64,000 nucleotides of DNA from Deltaproteobacteria bacterium (lineage in GTDB: Bacteria; Myxococcota_A; Polyangia; Polyangiales; Houyiibacteriaceae), in NCBI GenBank assembly GCA_034670305.1, contig JAXMNT010000008.1, positions 128,001 to 192,000 of the forward strand, given 5' to 3'. A program made the position numbers and the translations under genes. Under the pieces are notes generated by a model. The model was not told the origin of the DNA. It did not search any database and worked only from the letters and a program-made list of their open reading frames with translations. Position 1 is the first letter of the stretch. Each line of letters starts with the position of its first letter. This document shows positions 1 to 10,434 of the stretch, one piece after another.

Positions 1-2312
1 GTGCCGCGGGAGTCGAACTTGTTCACGTCGCGCGCCACGACTTGCACCTTGTGGCGGGCGGAGACGAAGCGCGGATCGCTGCGGACTGCTGCGAACGACG
101 GACACTGATCGAGCCAGACGAGATCGCCGAGCCCATCCGCGATCAGATCATCGAGAATCGCGAACGCCCGATCGTGTTCGTCTCGGAACAGATGCAGCTC
201 GACGAGGACCTGCAGCATCAACGACCGGAACCGCACGTTGTCGATCCCCGACACCATCGACTTGAAGATGCCGTCTGCAAGCTTCGCGTCCATGTCGCCG
301 AGCCCGTAGTGAATCGCACCGGCGACGAAGTTGGTCGCCGGACTGTCGTCCTGTCCGATCTCCGGACGCATGGATTCCAGAATCGCAGCGTCGCGCCCCC
401 ACAACCCCGAGCGCACTCGAAGCAGCTGGGCGGGTCGACCGTCACCGATCGGGAAAGACCGCAGCCGGTGGGCTTCGAACTCGTCGAAACGTCCGTCGAA
501 GTAGGCGATGCGGGCGAGCGCCATGCTGGTGCTCGTGATGAGCGACGGGTCGAGTTCCATCGCCAGCCGGAGTCGTCGCTCGGCTTCTTCGACCGGACCG
601 ACTTCGTTCTGGAGCGTCGCGAGGTAGCTCTGTGCGAGCGCGTGGGTGGGCGCGATGCGAAGCGCCCGCACGAACGAATGCGCCGCGGCGGCGAGCTGAT
701 GCGACTGGAGCGCGAGTATGCCACTCGCGAGGTGGGTGTCCGCCTCGTCCGGCGCGTGTTCGATCGCGCGTCGAATGCTCTCCTCCGCGCGCGTGCGCCG
801 GTCCTGTCCCGGCGATTCGATGACTCCGATGAACCACAGGCGGGTGCACGCGATCGCGTGGAGCGCGTACGCCGGCGTGAAGCCAGGGCTGAGGTGGATG
901 CACCCCTCCAGATCGGTGAGCACGTCGCCCGCCGAAGAGTAGCCCGAGGAGAGCAACGTGCGTCGGGCGCGCAGGTAGAGTTCAACCGCCTCGGGCGAGG
1001 CGTGGGTCTGCACGGCGTTGACGCTGATCTCGAGCCGCAGCTCTTCCGCGATGCGGCGAGCGAGCCGTTCCTGCAGTTCGAACACGTCCTCGACGTCGCC
1101 GCTGTAACGTTCGCTCCAAAGCTGGGCGCCGTCGCCCTCCACGAGCCGCGACGTGATTCGGACGGCACTGCCCTGGCGCTTCACGCTGCCGGCCACCACG
1201 TGTTGCACGCCGAGCGTCTGCGAGACCGCGCGCGGATCCGCATCGTGCCCGAGCGCCCGCGAGGCGCTGTAGGCCACCACGCGCATGCCTCGGATCCGGC
1301 CGAGCACATCGGTGAGTTCTTCCGCCAGCGCGTCGCCCAAGTAGTTCGAGTCGTCGGGACCGCGGTACGCGAAGGGCAGCACCGCAATGGACCCTTGGTC
1401 GAGCCGGGTCGGGACCACGCGTTCCAAGATCGATTCGCCGTTGAGCAGGCGCGCGACGGCCTCGGCGGACTCGGGACGCTCGTCCGGCTCGCGGGCCAGC
1501 AGCGCCATGATGAGGTCCGCGAGATCGTCGGGCAACGCGAGGACTTCGCGCGGGTCCCTCGGGGTGCCGTGAACCCGCGCGAGCGCGACCGCGACGGCCG
1601 TGTCCCCGTCGAACGGCCACGCGCCCGTCAGCATCTCGAACAGCATCACCCCGAGCGCATAGAGATCCGAACGGGCGTCGACCTCCGCGCCGGTGACTTG
1701 TTCGGGCGACATGTACAGGGGCGTGCCGATGAGTTGCTGCGCTTGGGTGAGCTTGGCTTCTTGGGCTGCGCGCGCGATGCCGAAGTCGGTGAGCAGCACC
1801 CGCCCGTCGTGGGCGATCATGATGTTGCCCGGCTTCAGGTCGCGGTGGATGACGCCCGCATCGTGTGCGGCGGCGAGCCCGCGACAGACGTCCCCGCCGA
1901 TGCGCCGCGTCTCGCTCTCGGACAGTCGGCCCTTCTCCTCGAGCACCTCTTCGAGCGCGCGCCCCTCGATGATCTCCATCGTGAGGAAGGGCACCCCCTC
2001 GTGCGTGCCGAGGTCGTAGGTGCGGCCGACGTTGCGGTGGGTCACGCGACGCGAGAGTTTGACCTCGCGCAGGAAGCGGTCGATGGAGCGCTGGGTCGCG
2101 CCGGTCAGGCGCTTGAGTGCGACTTCTTCGTCGAGGTGGGTGTCGAGCACCCGGTACACGTCGCCCATCGCGCCCGCCCCCAAGAAGGCACGGACTTCGT
2201 ATCGGTCCGCGAGCCGGATGCCGGGAACCAGGGCTTGGGCCACGCCTCCGTCGGTCGGCGACGTACCGACGTCGCTGGCGATGGTGTCGTGGAAGGACTC
2301 GTCTTCATCCAC
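1..2312 (-). CDS. Ser/Thr protein kinase with TolB-like domain and TPR-like C-terminus (3' end runs off the window)
   Basis: Not in the ORF track because it has no stop in the window. Manual translation from GTG 2312 gives LGAGAMGDVY, VALK, IHRDLKPGN, TDFGIA, GTPLYMSPE and DLYALG, then SIAVLPF...LAEELTDVL...GSVKR...LWSERY (TolB-like) and helical repeats. Confidence 0.9.
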   Translation of the reverse strand, partial: MDEDESFHDTIASDVGTSPTDGGVAQALVPGIRLADRYEVRAFLGAGAMGDVYRVLDTHLDEEVALKRLTGATQRSIDRFLREVKLSRRVTHRNVGRTYDLGTHEGVPFLTMEIIEGRALEEVLEEKGRLSESETRRIGGDVCRGLAAAHDAGVIHRDLKPGNIMIAHDGRVLLTDFGIARAAQEAKLTQAQQLIGTPLYMSPEQVTGAEVDARSDLYALGVMLFEMLTGAWPFDGDTAVAVALARVHGTPRDPREVLALPDDLADLIMALLAREPDERPESAEAVARLLNGESILERVVPTRLDQGSIAVLPFAYRGPDDSNYLGDALAEELTDVLGRIRGMRVVAYSASRALGHDADPRAVSQTLGVQHVVAGSVKRQGSAVRITSRLVEGDGAQLWSERYSGDVEDVFELQERLARRIAEELRLEISVNAVQTHASPEAVELYLRARRTLLSSGYSSAGDVLTDLEGCIHLSPGFTPAYALHAIACTRLWFIGVIESPGQDRRTRAEESIRRAIEHAPDEADTHLASGILALQSHQLAAAAHSFVRALRIAPTHALAQSYLATLQNEVGPVEEAERRLRLAMELDPSLITSTSMALARIAYFDGRFDEFEAHRLRSFPIGDGRPAQLLRVRSGLWGRDAAILESMRPEIGQDDSPATNFVAGAIHYGLGDMDAKLADGIFKSMVSGIDNVRFRSLMLQVLVELHLFRDEHDRAFAILDDLIADGLGDLVWLDQCPSFAAVRSDPRFVSARHKVQVVARDVNKFDSRG

Positions 2313-2363
2313 GCGCGAAGGATGTCATGGGACTGTCCGAGTTGCGACGCCCATCGAAGCCGA

Positions 2364-4385
2364 TCAGCGGGGCGATGCGGCGATGTTGCCGCCGTCCACC
2401 GTGACCACACATCCGGTGGTGCTGGGTGCAAGCGCCAGGTTCAACATCGCCTGGGCCACATGCTCGGCGCGCACCTCGCGGGAGAGCAGGTTGCTTCGGA
2501 AGTAAGCGTCCGGCTCGAGTCCTCGAGCTTTGGCGCGTGCTTCCACGAACTCGGGCGGGAACATGCCGGTGCGCACTCGGTCGGCGTTGATGGCGTTCGC
2601 ACGAATGCCGACGTGTCCGTTGTCGAGGGCGTACTGCTTCATCAACGCGACCACCGCCGCCTTGGGCACCGCGTAGGGACCGAAGCCCGCGCCTGGGTTG
2701 AACGCCGCCTTGCTCGCGTTGAAGAGGAGGAACCCGCCGGTGCCCTGCTTGTGCATGACCCGCGTCGCAGCGGCCGCCAGTGTGTGGTGGGAGAACAGGT
2801 TGATCTCGAAGCTCTTGCGGAGCACGTCGTCGTCGACCTCGTGCATGGCACCCTGGGCGGCCGCGCCAGCGTTGCTGATCACGCCATCGATGCCGCCGAA
2901 GCGGGTCACGCAGGCGTCCACGCTGTGGCGCACTGCGGCCGCATCGCACACGTCGACGACCTGCCACGCGGCACCGAGCCGCCCAGCCACGGACGCGAGG
3001 CGTTCTTCGTCGCGGTCGGTGAGAAAGAGCGGTGCGCCGGCCGCGGCGAAAAGCGTCGCGCACGCCTCGCCGATCCCGCTCGCGGCGCCGCTGATGTAGA
3101 CGACCTGGCCCTCGAGCGCTCCGGGCTTCTTCTTGCCGAGTTTGGCTTGCTCGAGCGACCAGTACTCCATGTCGAACACATCGCTCAACGGCAGGACTTC
3201 GTAGCGTCCCACCGCCTCCGCCGCTTCGATCACCGCGACGCAGTGTTCGTGGAGGTCCGCTGCGACCGAGGCCGCCTTGGGCGTGGCGCCCGCCGCGACG
3301 ATGCCGATGCCGGGAATGAGCACGACCCGTGGATCCGAGTCGAGCATCTGGACCGTCCGCCCCTTCGCGGCGGACTGCTCGGTCACGTACCGCTCGTAGT
3401 CCGCGCGGAACGTGGCCAGGCGCTCGTCGATGTGCGCGATCATGGCCGCGTCGCTCATCGACGCGTCGAGCTCGAGCAGAAGCGGCACCCGCTTGGTTCG
3501 AATCACGTGGTCCGGGGTGGGCACGCCTCGCTGAGACACGTCTGCGAGGTCGTCCCGCTGCAGGTAGCTGTCCACCGCTTCGCTGCGGCGATGGGTCAAC
3601 ACGTAGCGACGATCCCCACCGCCGAGTCGTCCTCTGAGCAGCGGCCCGACGCGGGTCCACGCGAGCGGTGCCGGCGCTTCGACGACCACCGTCTGCCGGT
3701 GCGACGAGATGAACGCCTCCGCCTTGCTGACCGCGTCGACGTGCCGCTCGTAGCTCTGACGCGCGGTCTCGCCCCACGTGAAGAGACCGTGCTTGAGCAG
3801 CAAGAGCCCCTCGGCATCGGGATGCGCGTCGCACACTTCCGCGGCGAGTTTCGCCAGATCGAACCCGGGCATCACGTACGGCACGATCGCCAATGTCTCG
3901 CCAAAGATCTCCTTGGCGATCCGTTCCGCTTCCGGCTGATCGACGAGCGCGAGAATCGCGTCGGCGTGCGAGTGGTCGATGAACTTTGCGGGAAGGAACG
4001 CGTGCAACAGCGTCTCGACGCTCGGGTTGGGACTCGAGGCATCCAGCAGGCGCGTCCGTTGCGCGTTGACCATGTCCTCGTCGCTGAGGGAGGGACGCGC
4101 GCGCAGCGCGGAGAGTGTGTCGAGCCGCACCGCTGGCAACCCCGGCGGCTCGATGTCCCCCAGGTCCCAGCCACTGCCTTTGACGCAGAGCACGTCGACC
4201 TCGCTGCCGGTGTCGTCGACCAGCCGGGTCTTGACCGAGGTGTTGCCCCCGCCATGGAGCACCAGGGTCGGCTCTCGACCGATCAACCTCGAGGTGTAGA
4301 CCCGCAGCGCGATGTCTTCGTTGTTGTCCGCCGCGTAGCGCTCGATGGCTGCCGCGGCGTCGTCGTCCGACCACTTGCTCTTCAT
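2364..4385 (-). CDS. Bifunctional class II aldolase / short-chain dehydrogenase (rhamnulose-1-phosphate aldolase-SDR fusion family)
   Basis: Starts MKSKWSDDDA. Aldolase motifs LVLHGGGNTSVK, KGSGWDL, PSVETLLH, HSHADA, TPDHVIRTK, FDMEYWSLEQAKL. SDR motifs SGAASGIG and YAVPK. Confidence 0.9.
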   Translation of the reverse strand: MKSKWSDDDAAAAIERYAADNNEDIALRVYTSRLIGREPTLVLHGGGNTSVKTRLVDDTGSEVDVLCVKGSGWDLGDIEPPGLPAVRLDTLSALRARPSLSDEDMVNAQRTRLLDASSPNPSVETLLHAFLPAKFIDHSHADAILALVDQPEAERIAKEIFGETLAIVPYVMPGFDLAKLAAEVCDAHPDAEGLLLLKHGLFTWGETARQSYERHVDAVSKAEAFISSHRQTVVVEAPAPLAWTRVGPLLRGRLGGGDRRYVLTHRRSEAVDSYLQRDDLADVSQRGVPTPDHVIRTKRVPLLLELDASMSDAAMIAHIDERLATFRADYERYVTEQSAAKGRTVQMLDSDPRVVLIPGIGIVAAGATPKAASVAADLHEHCVAVIEAAEAVGRYEVLPLSDVFDMEYWSLEQAKLGKKKPGALEGQVVYISGAASGIGEACATLFAAAGAPLFLTDRDEERLASVAGRLGAAWQVVDVCDAAAVRHSVDACVTRFGGIDGVISNAGAAAQGAMHEVDDDVLRKSFEINLFSHHTLAAAATRVMHKQGTGGFLLFNASKAAFNPGAGFGPYAVPKAAVVALMKQYALDNGHVGIRANAINADRVRTGMFPPEFVEARAKARGLEPDAYFRSNLLSREVRAEHVAQAMLNLALAPSTTGCVVTVDGGNIAASPR

Positions 4386-4432
4386 CGCGGCGGAGGATGC
4401 GTTGCGCAGCGGGCGGAGGCCAACCGAAGAGT

Positions 4433-5248
4433 TCAGCTGAGGTGCGGCCAGGACACGTCGGGGACCGGATGGCTGGGCCGCGCGAAGAGTTCGCCTTGGC
4501 CGTAGTCGCATCCCAGGTCGCGGGCGTGCAGGGCTTGTTCGCAGGTCTCGACGCCCTCGGCGATCACGATCGCGCCGTACGACTTCGCCATCTGCACGAT
4601 GGCCGCGACCGCCTCCCGCACCTTGCCGCGGCCTGCCGGCAGCTGGTGAATGGCACGCTGGTCGATCTTCAGCACGTCGGGCTCGAGGGACTGCAGCGCG
4701 AGGAGGTCGGTCGCTCCTGCGAGCACATCGTCGATCACGATTTTGACGCCGTTGGCGCGCAGGTCGCCCACCATGGCCTTCACGAGTGCCATGTCTTCGA
4801 AGACCACCCATTCGGGCAACTCCACGAACGCGTTGCCTTCGAACGTTCGAAGCGGGTCGTCCGGTCGCACGATCCATCGGCTCATGAGTTCGGTCGGGTG
4901 CACGTTGATGAACACCCGGCCTCCCGGTTGACGCCGGAACGCAAGCTGCCGAAGGGCTCGGCCGAGCCGTCCCATCGCCCCCTGCGAGACCGCGGCCGCC
5001 ACCAGATCCTCCGCCTTGGCAATGGCCCGAATGTGGCACCGCGCGAGCGCCTCGACCCCGAACACCTTGGGTTGGGTCAGGCTGACAATCGGCTGAAAGA
5101 GGACCTCGAGGTCTTTGGACTTGAGGGTCCGGACCGTTGGCGCGTTCTTGGGAGGGACCACTTCTCCGGTCGTCCAACGCAGTCGTTTCTGTGATCCCAC
5201 CGAGGCAGAGTGCCAAACGAAACGTCCGTTCGCACGCGAAACTTTCAA
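4433..5248 (-). CDS. Stand-alone EAL-domain protein (start uncertain, may be about 5160)
   Basis: FQPIV, GVEALAR, FINV, VELPE, IDD, LKID, IAEGVET, GQGELF. Confidence 0.85.
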   Translation of the reverse strand: MKVSRANGRFVWHSASVGSQKRLRWTTGEVVPPKNAPTVRTLKSKDLEVLFQPIVSLTQPKVFGVEALARCHIRAIAKAEDLVAAAVSQGAMGRLGRALRQLAFRRQPGGRVFINVHPTELMSRWIVRPDDPLRTFEGNAFVELPEWVVFEDMALVKAMVGDLRANGVKIVIDDVLAGATDLLALQSLEPDVLKIDQRAIHQLPAGRGKVREAVAAIVQMAKSYGAIVIAEGVETCEQALHARDLGCDYGQGELFARPSHPVPDVSWPHLS

Positions 5249-5393
5249 TCCGAGCGGACCGGGTGACTGGCTCCCTGCTTGACAGGACGCCCCACCGTTT
5301 CAAGGTGGACCTCCTTCCCCTGCGTGCCCGTCGCCGCGTTTCTCGCAGCCGCCGTCGCCGCTTTTCATCGCGCACAGCGCCCCGAGACCAACC

Positions 5394-7202
5394 ATGACTT
5401 CCGCGGACGGCTCCGCCGGCCCTACCTTCGACGACCTCGACCTGGATGCGCGATTGCGCGCCACCCTGACCGAACTGGCCTTCGACACCCCCACCCCCAT
5501 TCAAGCCGAAGCGATTCCGCCGATGCTCGCTGGCCGCGACGTGATCGGTCGGGCCCGCACCGGTTCGGGCAAGACCGCCGCGTTCGGCCTGCCGCTTCTC
5601 CAGCGACTGCTTCGCGAGGAACCCGGCAAAGGCCGGCCGGTGCGCGCCCTCGTGCTCGCGCCGACCCGAGAGCTCGCCTTGCAGGTGACCGGCGCGATCC
5701 GGTCCTTCGCCAAGGACACGCCCCTTCGCCTCGTCACCATCTACGGCGGCGCCAGCTACGGCCCGCAGCTTCGGGCCCTCGGCTCGGGCGTGCCCATCGT
5801 CGTGGGGACGCCGGGACGGGTCCTCGACCATCTCGAACGCGGCACGCTCGATCTCTCACAGCTCGAGATGCTGGTTCTGGACGAAGCGGACGAGATGCTT
5901 CGCATGGGCTTCGTCGAGGACGTCGAACGCGTGCTCGCCGCCTCCCCAGACAAGCGCCAGGTCGCCCTCTTCTCGGCGACCATGCCGCCCGCGATCCGCA
6001 AGATCGCGAACAAGCACCTCAACAACCCACTGGAAGTCCAGGTCGAATCCGAAGCGCTCTCCGCGAGCCACGTGCGCCAACGTTGGTTGCTCGTGCCGGA
6101 GAAGTTCAAGCGCAACGCGCTCCTTCGGGTGCTGGCCGCCGAACCCCAGCACGCCACGCTCGTGTTCGCGCGTACCCGCGCGAGCTGCGCCGAGGTGGCC
6201 GAAGGACTCGCCAAACGCGGCATCGCTGCGGACGCGCTGCATGGCGACCTCGCCCAGGGCGCCCGCGAACGGGTGCTGAACCGTCTGCGTTCCGGGCAGC
6301 TTCGCGTGGTCGTCGCCACCGATGTGGCCTCGCGCGGCATCGACGTCGAGAACCTCGATCACGTCGTGAACCTCGACCTGCCGATGGACACCGAGACCTA
6401 CGTGCACCGCATCGGCCGGACGGCACGCGCCGGCCGCGAAGGATGGGCGACCTCGTTCGTCACGCCGCGGGAGACCGGCAAGATCCGGCGCATGCAGCGC
6501 ACCCTCGGGGTCTCGATCGAGCCCTACACGGTCCCGTCGGACGCGGACATCATCGAGGCGAAAAAGCAGCGACTCGCGACCGCGGTCGTCGAAGCCCTGC
6601 AGCCGACCTCCGCGGGCGCGTTCGAGCTCGTCGACGCACTCAAGGAGCACGGCACCGAGCGCGAACTGCTCGCCGGCGCGCTTCGTCTCCTCTCGGATCA
6701 GTTCCGCCTCGACCTAGACGCCGAACCCGATCAGGAGCCGCCGGCTTGGTCGAAGGAGCGCGCACAGTCGCGCGACCGAGACCGAGGCCCGAAGCGCGAT
6801 CGGCCGGAACGTGGTGGGGACCGGCCGCGCGGACGCGACCGGATCGACACGGGAGAGTGGACCGACGTGTTCGTGCCGATCGGACGATCGCGCGGCGTGC
6901 GTCCAGGCGACCTCGTCGGCGCCATCACCGGAGACGCCGGTCTGCAGGGTTCGCAGATCGGTCGCGTCACCATTCACGATCACGTGAGCTTCGTGCAGGT
7001 CGATGCCGACGCCGCCGACGGTTTGCTCAGCCGAGGCCGCCGCATCGTGGTGCGGGGCAAGAAGGTCGAGATCTCGAAAGCCCGCCCCTCGGAGGACAGT
7101 CCGCACGGACCGCCCGGCGGCAAGGGCCCGAAGCGCAAGGGCAAAGGCAAGAGCGGCGGTCCAGGCGGACGCAAACCGCCCAAGCGCAAGCAGAGCCGCT
7201 GA
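5394..7202 (+). CDS. deaD: DEAD-box RNA helicase with DbpA-type C-terminal RNA-binding domain
   Basis: PTPIQ, ARTGSGKT, PTRELA, DEADEM, SAT, HRIGRTAR; C-terminal IGRSRGVRPGDLVGAI and a basic tail. Confidence 0.88.
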   Translation: MTSADGSAGPTFDDLDLDARLRATLTELAFDTPTPIQAEAIPPMLAGRDVIGRARTGSGKTAAFGLPLLQRLLREEPGKGRPVRALVLAPTRELALQVTGAIRSFAKDTPLRLVTIYGGASYGPQLRALGSGVPIVVGTPGRVLDHLERGTLDLSQLEMLVLDEADEMLRMGFVEDVERVLAASPDKRQVALFSATMPPAIRKIANKHLNNPLEVQVESEALSASHVRQRWLLVPEKFKRNALLRVLAAEPQHATLVFARTRASCAEVAEGLAKRGIAADALHGDLAQGARERVLNRLRSGQLRVVVATDVASRGIDVENLDHVVNLDLPMDTETYVHRIGRTARAGREGWATSFVTPRETGKIRRMQRTLGVSIEPYTVPSDADIIEAKKQRLATAVVEALQPTSAGAFELVDALKEHGTERELLAGALRLLSDQFRLDLDAEPDQEPPAWSKERAQSRDRDRGPKRDRPERGGDRPRGRDRIDTGEWTDVFVPIGRSRGVRPGDLVGAITGDAGLQGSQIGRVTIHDHVSFVQVDADAADGLLSRGRRIVVRGKKVEISKARPSEDSPHGPPGGKGPKRKGKGKSGGPGGRKPPKRKQSR

Positions 7203-7337
7203 CCCGCATCCAACGCCGAGTCCGACGCAGCGCGGGGGTTGTCCCCGCGTCTGCCGCGGCGTCTGAGTGCACCGCGGCGCCCGACTCTGCGGCTGGGTCG
7301 ACGGGCGCGGTCGCCCCCTTCGTGGTTTAACCTTCCC

Positions 7338-9053
7338 ATGCGCAGGACGGTTCTCATCACGGGTGCGACCGGCGGCATCGGCCGGGCGCTTGCCCAACGA
7401 CTCGCAGACGAAGGTCTTCGGGTGGTGGCGGCCGGACGAAATCCGGAAGCCCTCATCGCCCTTCACCGCGAGCTGGGCGTGGACGTGCTCGAGCTCGATG
7501 TGCTGGACGACGCCTCCATCGCCGACGCGGCCCAGGAGATCTTCGCGATCACGCAGGGCCGTGGCGTGGACGACATCGTGCACGCGGCCGGCATCGCCGA
7601 ACTCGGTCCCTTGATGTTGGTGACCGACAGTGCGCTGGAGCGGCACTTCGGCACCAACGTGTTCGGTCCGCTCCGGGTCACCCAAGCCTTGGTCGGCCCG
7701 ATGAAGGAGCGCGGGCGAGGGCGCATCGTGCACGTGGCCAGCGTCGTGGACCGGATGACGCTCGCCACCCACGGAGCGTATGGGGCGTCGATGCACGCGC
7801 TGCGTGGTCTCAACGACTCGCTGCGCCAAGAGCTCGCGCCGTTTGGGATCGATGTGACGTTGGTCGAACCCGGTTCGGTGAGGACCGGCTTCGTCAGCGG
7901 CGCGTTCAGCGGACTCGAATCCAAACGTTGGAGCGGCTCCCGCTGGAACCCGGTCATCGACCGACTGCAGACCCTGCAACGCACCGTCCAGGTCCTCGCG
8001 GTTCCACCCGAGCGCGCCGCCAAGACCATCGCCGCTGCCGTCACCCGGCCCCGCCCCCGGCACCGGGAGATCGTGCCCACCGCGGCCACCCTCGTGCAGC
8101 TGACCGCCGCCCGGATGCTCCCCACCCGCGCGTTCGACGGGGTGGTTCGGCAAGCACTGGGTCTCGCGTCCCGCCGCGCGAGCGGGTACGGAACCACCCC
8201 CCACCGCACCGCGCTGATCACCGGCGCGGCGGGCGGCATCGGCGCGGAGACGTCGATCGCGCTTGCGACCGCCGGGTTCCGGGTGTTCGCGACCGACATC
8301 GATCTGGACCGGCTGGCCCAGCTCGAATCCCGCGCGAGTGCACTCGGCTTGACGATCGAGACCATGCCCCTCGACATCACCGACGCGCGCAACCTCGCGC
8401 GCACGCGTCTCGAGATCCGCGAGCGGACCGAAGGAGGTGGGGTCGACCTCCTCGTGAACAACGCCGGGTTCGCGCAGCTGGGACCGTTGGAGTTTCTCGA
8501 GCGGCGGGATCTCGAACGTCAGTTCGACATCAACGTAACGGGACTGATGCGGGTGACGCGTGCGTTCGCGGCCGGCATGGCGGACCGCAAGCAAGGCAGA
8601 ATCATCAACCTCTCTTCGATCGCGGGCGTGTTCGCGTTCCCCCTCATGGGCGCCTACCACGCGAGCAAGTTCGCCGTCGAAGCACTCAGCGACGCGCTTC
8701 GACAGGAACTCGGCCCGTTCGGCATCGACGTCGCGGTCGTGCAGCCGAGCTTCATCGCGAGCGGCTTCGAGACGGTCGCGAAGGCGACGCTCGCCAGCGT
8801 CGACATCGGCCCGGAGTGGTCCTCGGTGATCGCCGACGTGGATCGCATGATCGCCGCGATGGCCAAAGTCGGCGGCACCCCGTCCGACGTCGCCAACGTC
8901 GTCCTCCGCGCCGCCACCGCCGCCCACCCCCGCCCCCGCTACGCCGCCCCACCCTTCGCTTCCGTCTTCGCCCGCACCCTCCCCCACATCCCCAGCCGCC
9001 TGAGCGACGGACTCCTCCGCCGCCTCACCCACCTGAACACGATCCGCACCTGA
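7338..9053 (+). CDS. Tandem (double) SDR oxidoreductase
   Basis: Two Rossmann starts ([18 protein letters not shown]). Second domain has NNAG and YHASK; first has HAAG and YGASM. Confidence 0.85.
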   Translation: MRRTVLITGATGGIGRALAQRLADEGLRVVAAGRNPEALIALHRELGVDVLELDVLDDASIADAAQEIFAITQGRGVDDIVHAAGIAELGPLMLVTDSALERHFGTNVFGPLRVTQALVGPMKERGRGRIVHVASVVDRMTLATHGAYGASMHALRGLNDSLRQELAPFGIDVTLVEPGSVRTGFVSGAFSGLESKRWSGSRWNPVIDRLQTLQRTVQVLAVPPERAAKTIAAAVTRPRPRHREIVPTAATLVQLTAARMLPTRAFDGVVRQALGLASRRASGYGTTPHRTALITGAAGGIGAETSIALATAGFRVFATDIDLDRLAQLESRASALGLTIETMPLDITDARNLARTRLEIRERTEGGGVDLLVNNAGFAQLGPLEFLERRDLERQFDINVTGLMRVTRAFAAGMADRKQGRIINLSSIAGVFAFPLMGAYHASKFAVEALSDALRQELGPFGIDVAVVQPSFIASGFETVAKATLASVDIGPEWSSVIADVDRMIAAMAKVGGTPSDVANVVLRAATAAHPRPRYAAPPFASVFARTLPHIPSRLSDGLLRRLTHLNTIRT

Positions 9054-9063
9054 GGGGTCGGCC

Positions 9064-9221
9064 CGGCTTCGGGTTTCGGCCTCGGCCTCGGTTTCGGCGT
9101 CGGCTTCGGCGTCGGCTTCGGCTTCGGCTTCGGCTTCGGCTTCGGCTTCGGCGTCGGCTTCGCCTTCGGCGTCAGAATCGGCGTCGGAACCACCGGGCAC
9201 GGGCACGGGCACCGGGCACGG
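9064..9221 (+). repeat. Composite hexamer microsatellite: (TCGGCN)n followed by (GGGCAC)n
   Basis: Directly visible 6-bp periodic tract between convergent genes. Confidence 0.9.
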
Positions 9222-9222
9222 G

Positions 9223-9244
9223 AACTTCCGCCTTCGCGGAAGTT
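9223..9244. terminator. Candidate terminator hairpin just downstream of yajQ
   Basis: Perfect 9-bp stem AACTTCCGC-CTTC-GCGGAAGTT, 3 bp from the yajQ stop; no clear U-tract. Confidence 0.45.
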
Positions 9245-9247
9245 GGC

Positions 9248-9736
9248 TCAGTCGCGGAAGTTCGTGAAGGACAACGCGAGCTCGAAGTCCTTCTCTTTCA
9301 GCGCGGCGATCGCGTCCTGCAGGTCGTCGCGCTTCTTGCCCGTGACGCGCACGGTGTCGCCCTGGATCGAGCCCTGGACCTTCAGCTGTTTCATCTCTTT
9401 GAGGGTCTTCACGATGAGCTTCGCCTTCTCTTGCGAGATGCCCTCGACGAGCTTGATCAACTGGCGGTGCATCTTGCCGCCGGCGGGCTGCGCCTTCTGC
9501 ACATCCAGCGACTTCAGCGAGACCTTGCGCCGGACCATCTTCGTCTTGAGCACGTCGAGCGCGGCTTCGAGGCGTCCGTCGCTGTTGGCGCGAAGCACGA
9601 TGCCTTCGTCGTTCACTTCGAAGGTCGTTTCCGTTCCCTTGAAGTCGAACCGTTGGCCCACCTCGCGGCTGGCCTGATCCACCGCGTTGCGGACTTCTTG
9701 CATGTCGAGTTTGCAGACTACGTCGAACGAAGGCAT
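9248..9736 (-). CDS. yajQ: YajQ family nucleotide/c-di-GMP-binding protein
   Basis: MPSFDVV...QEVRNAVDQA...RFDFKG...KVQGSIQGDTVRVTGKKRDDLQ...FTNFRD. Confidence 0.96.
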   Translation of the reverse strand: MPSFDVVCKLDMQEVRNAVDQASREVGQRFDFKGTETTFEVNDEGIVLRANSDGRLEAALDVLKTKMVRRKVSLKSLDVQKAQPAGGKMHRQLIKLVEGISQEKAKLIVKTLKEMKQLKVQGSIQGDTVRVTGKKRDDLQDAIAALKEKDFELALSFTNFRD

Positions 9737-9774
9737 GGGCCGATTCTGATGGGCAGGCGGCCCGCGTCAAGCCG

Positions 9775-10434
9775 TCAAGAAGACGCATCCGCATCGCGCA
9801 CCGCCCGAACGAACGCCTGCAGCTTGGACTCGTCCAGCGCTCCACCCGTGCGCACGCCGGAACACACGTCCACCCCGTAGGGGCGAACGGTGGCGATCGC
9901 CGCGCCCACGTTGCGCGCCCGCAGACCGCCCGCGAGAAAGACCGGGCGTCCCGCGCGCCGCACGAACTCAGCGCTGATGGACCAGTCGTGGGTCCGGCCC
10001 GTACCACCGAACTCGTTGGTATTGGGCGACCCGCTGTCGAGCAAGAACGCATCCACATGCGGCGCGTAGGCGTCCAGGAGCCCGAGCGATGCCGCGTCTT
10101 CTACGTGGATGACCTGGACCCGTCGAACCCGTGGAGAGGCTTGCGCCAGCGCTCGGTGCTCGGTCGGATCAATGTGTTTCACGATCTGGATCACGTGGGT
10201 CCCGCACGCGTTGACATGCTCGGCGAGTTCACCGCCCGTGGTGCGGGCGCTCAACAGAAACGAGGCGACGGGCACCGCGAGTCGGGCCGCGATGTCGGCC
10301 GCGAGCGCGTCGCCGATCACCCCGGGGCCGCTCGGCATCTCACCCACCAGCCCGATGGCGTCGGCGCCGGCGCGAACGGCGATGGCGGCTTCGAGGTGAG
10401 ACTCGATGCAGCAGACTTTGATGCGGGTCCGCAC
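9775..10434 (-). CDS. trpF: Phosphoribosylanthranilate isomerase family
   Basis: GTG overlaps the upstream TAG; RIKVCCI, AGADAIGLV, FLLDSG, FGGTGRTHDW, FLAGGL, GVDVCSGV. Confidence 0.85.
   Translation of the reverse strand: MRTRIKVCCIESHLEAAIAVRAGADAIGLVGEMPSGPGVIGDALAADIAARLAVPVASFLLSARTTGGELAEHVNACGTHVIQIVKHIDPTEHRALAQASPRVRRVQVIHVEDAASLGLLDAYAPHVDAFLLDSGSPNTNEFGGTGRTHDWSISAEFVRRAGRPVFLAGGLRARNVGAAIATVRPYGVDVCSGVRTGGALDESKLQAFVRAVRDADASS

Noticed and set aside
42-4505. 1487-aa plus-strand ORF and similar long ORFs (6714-10058, 18503-21199, 35582-38881, 41280-45137, 45716-48781)
   Set aside because: Antisense or off-frame shadows of recognisable genes in high-GC DNA; no motifs
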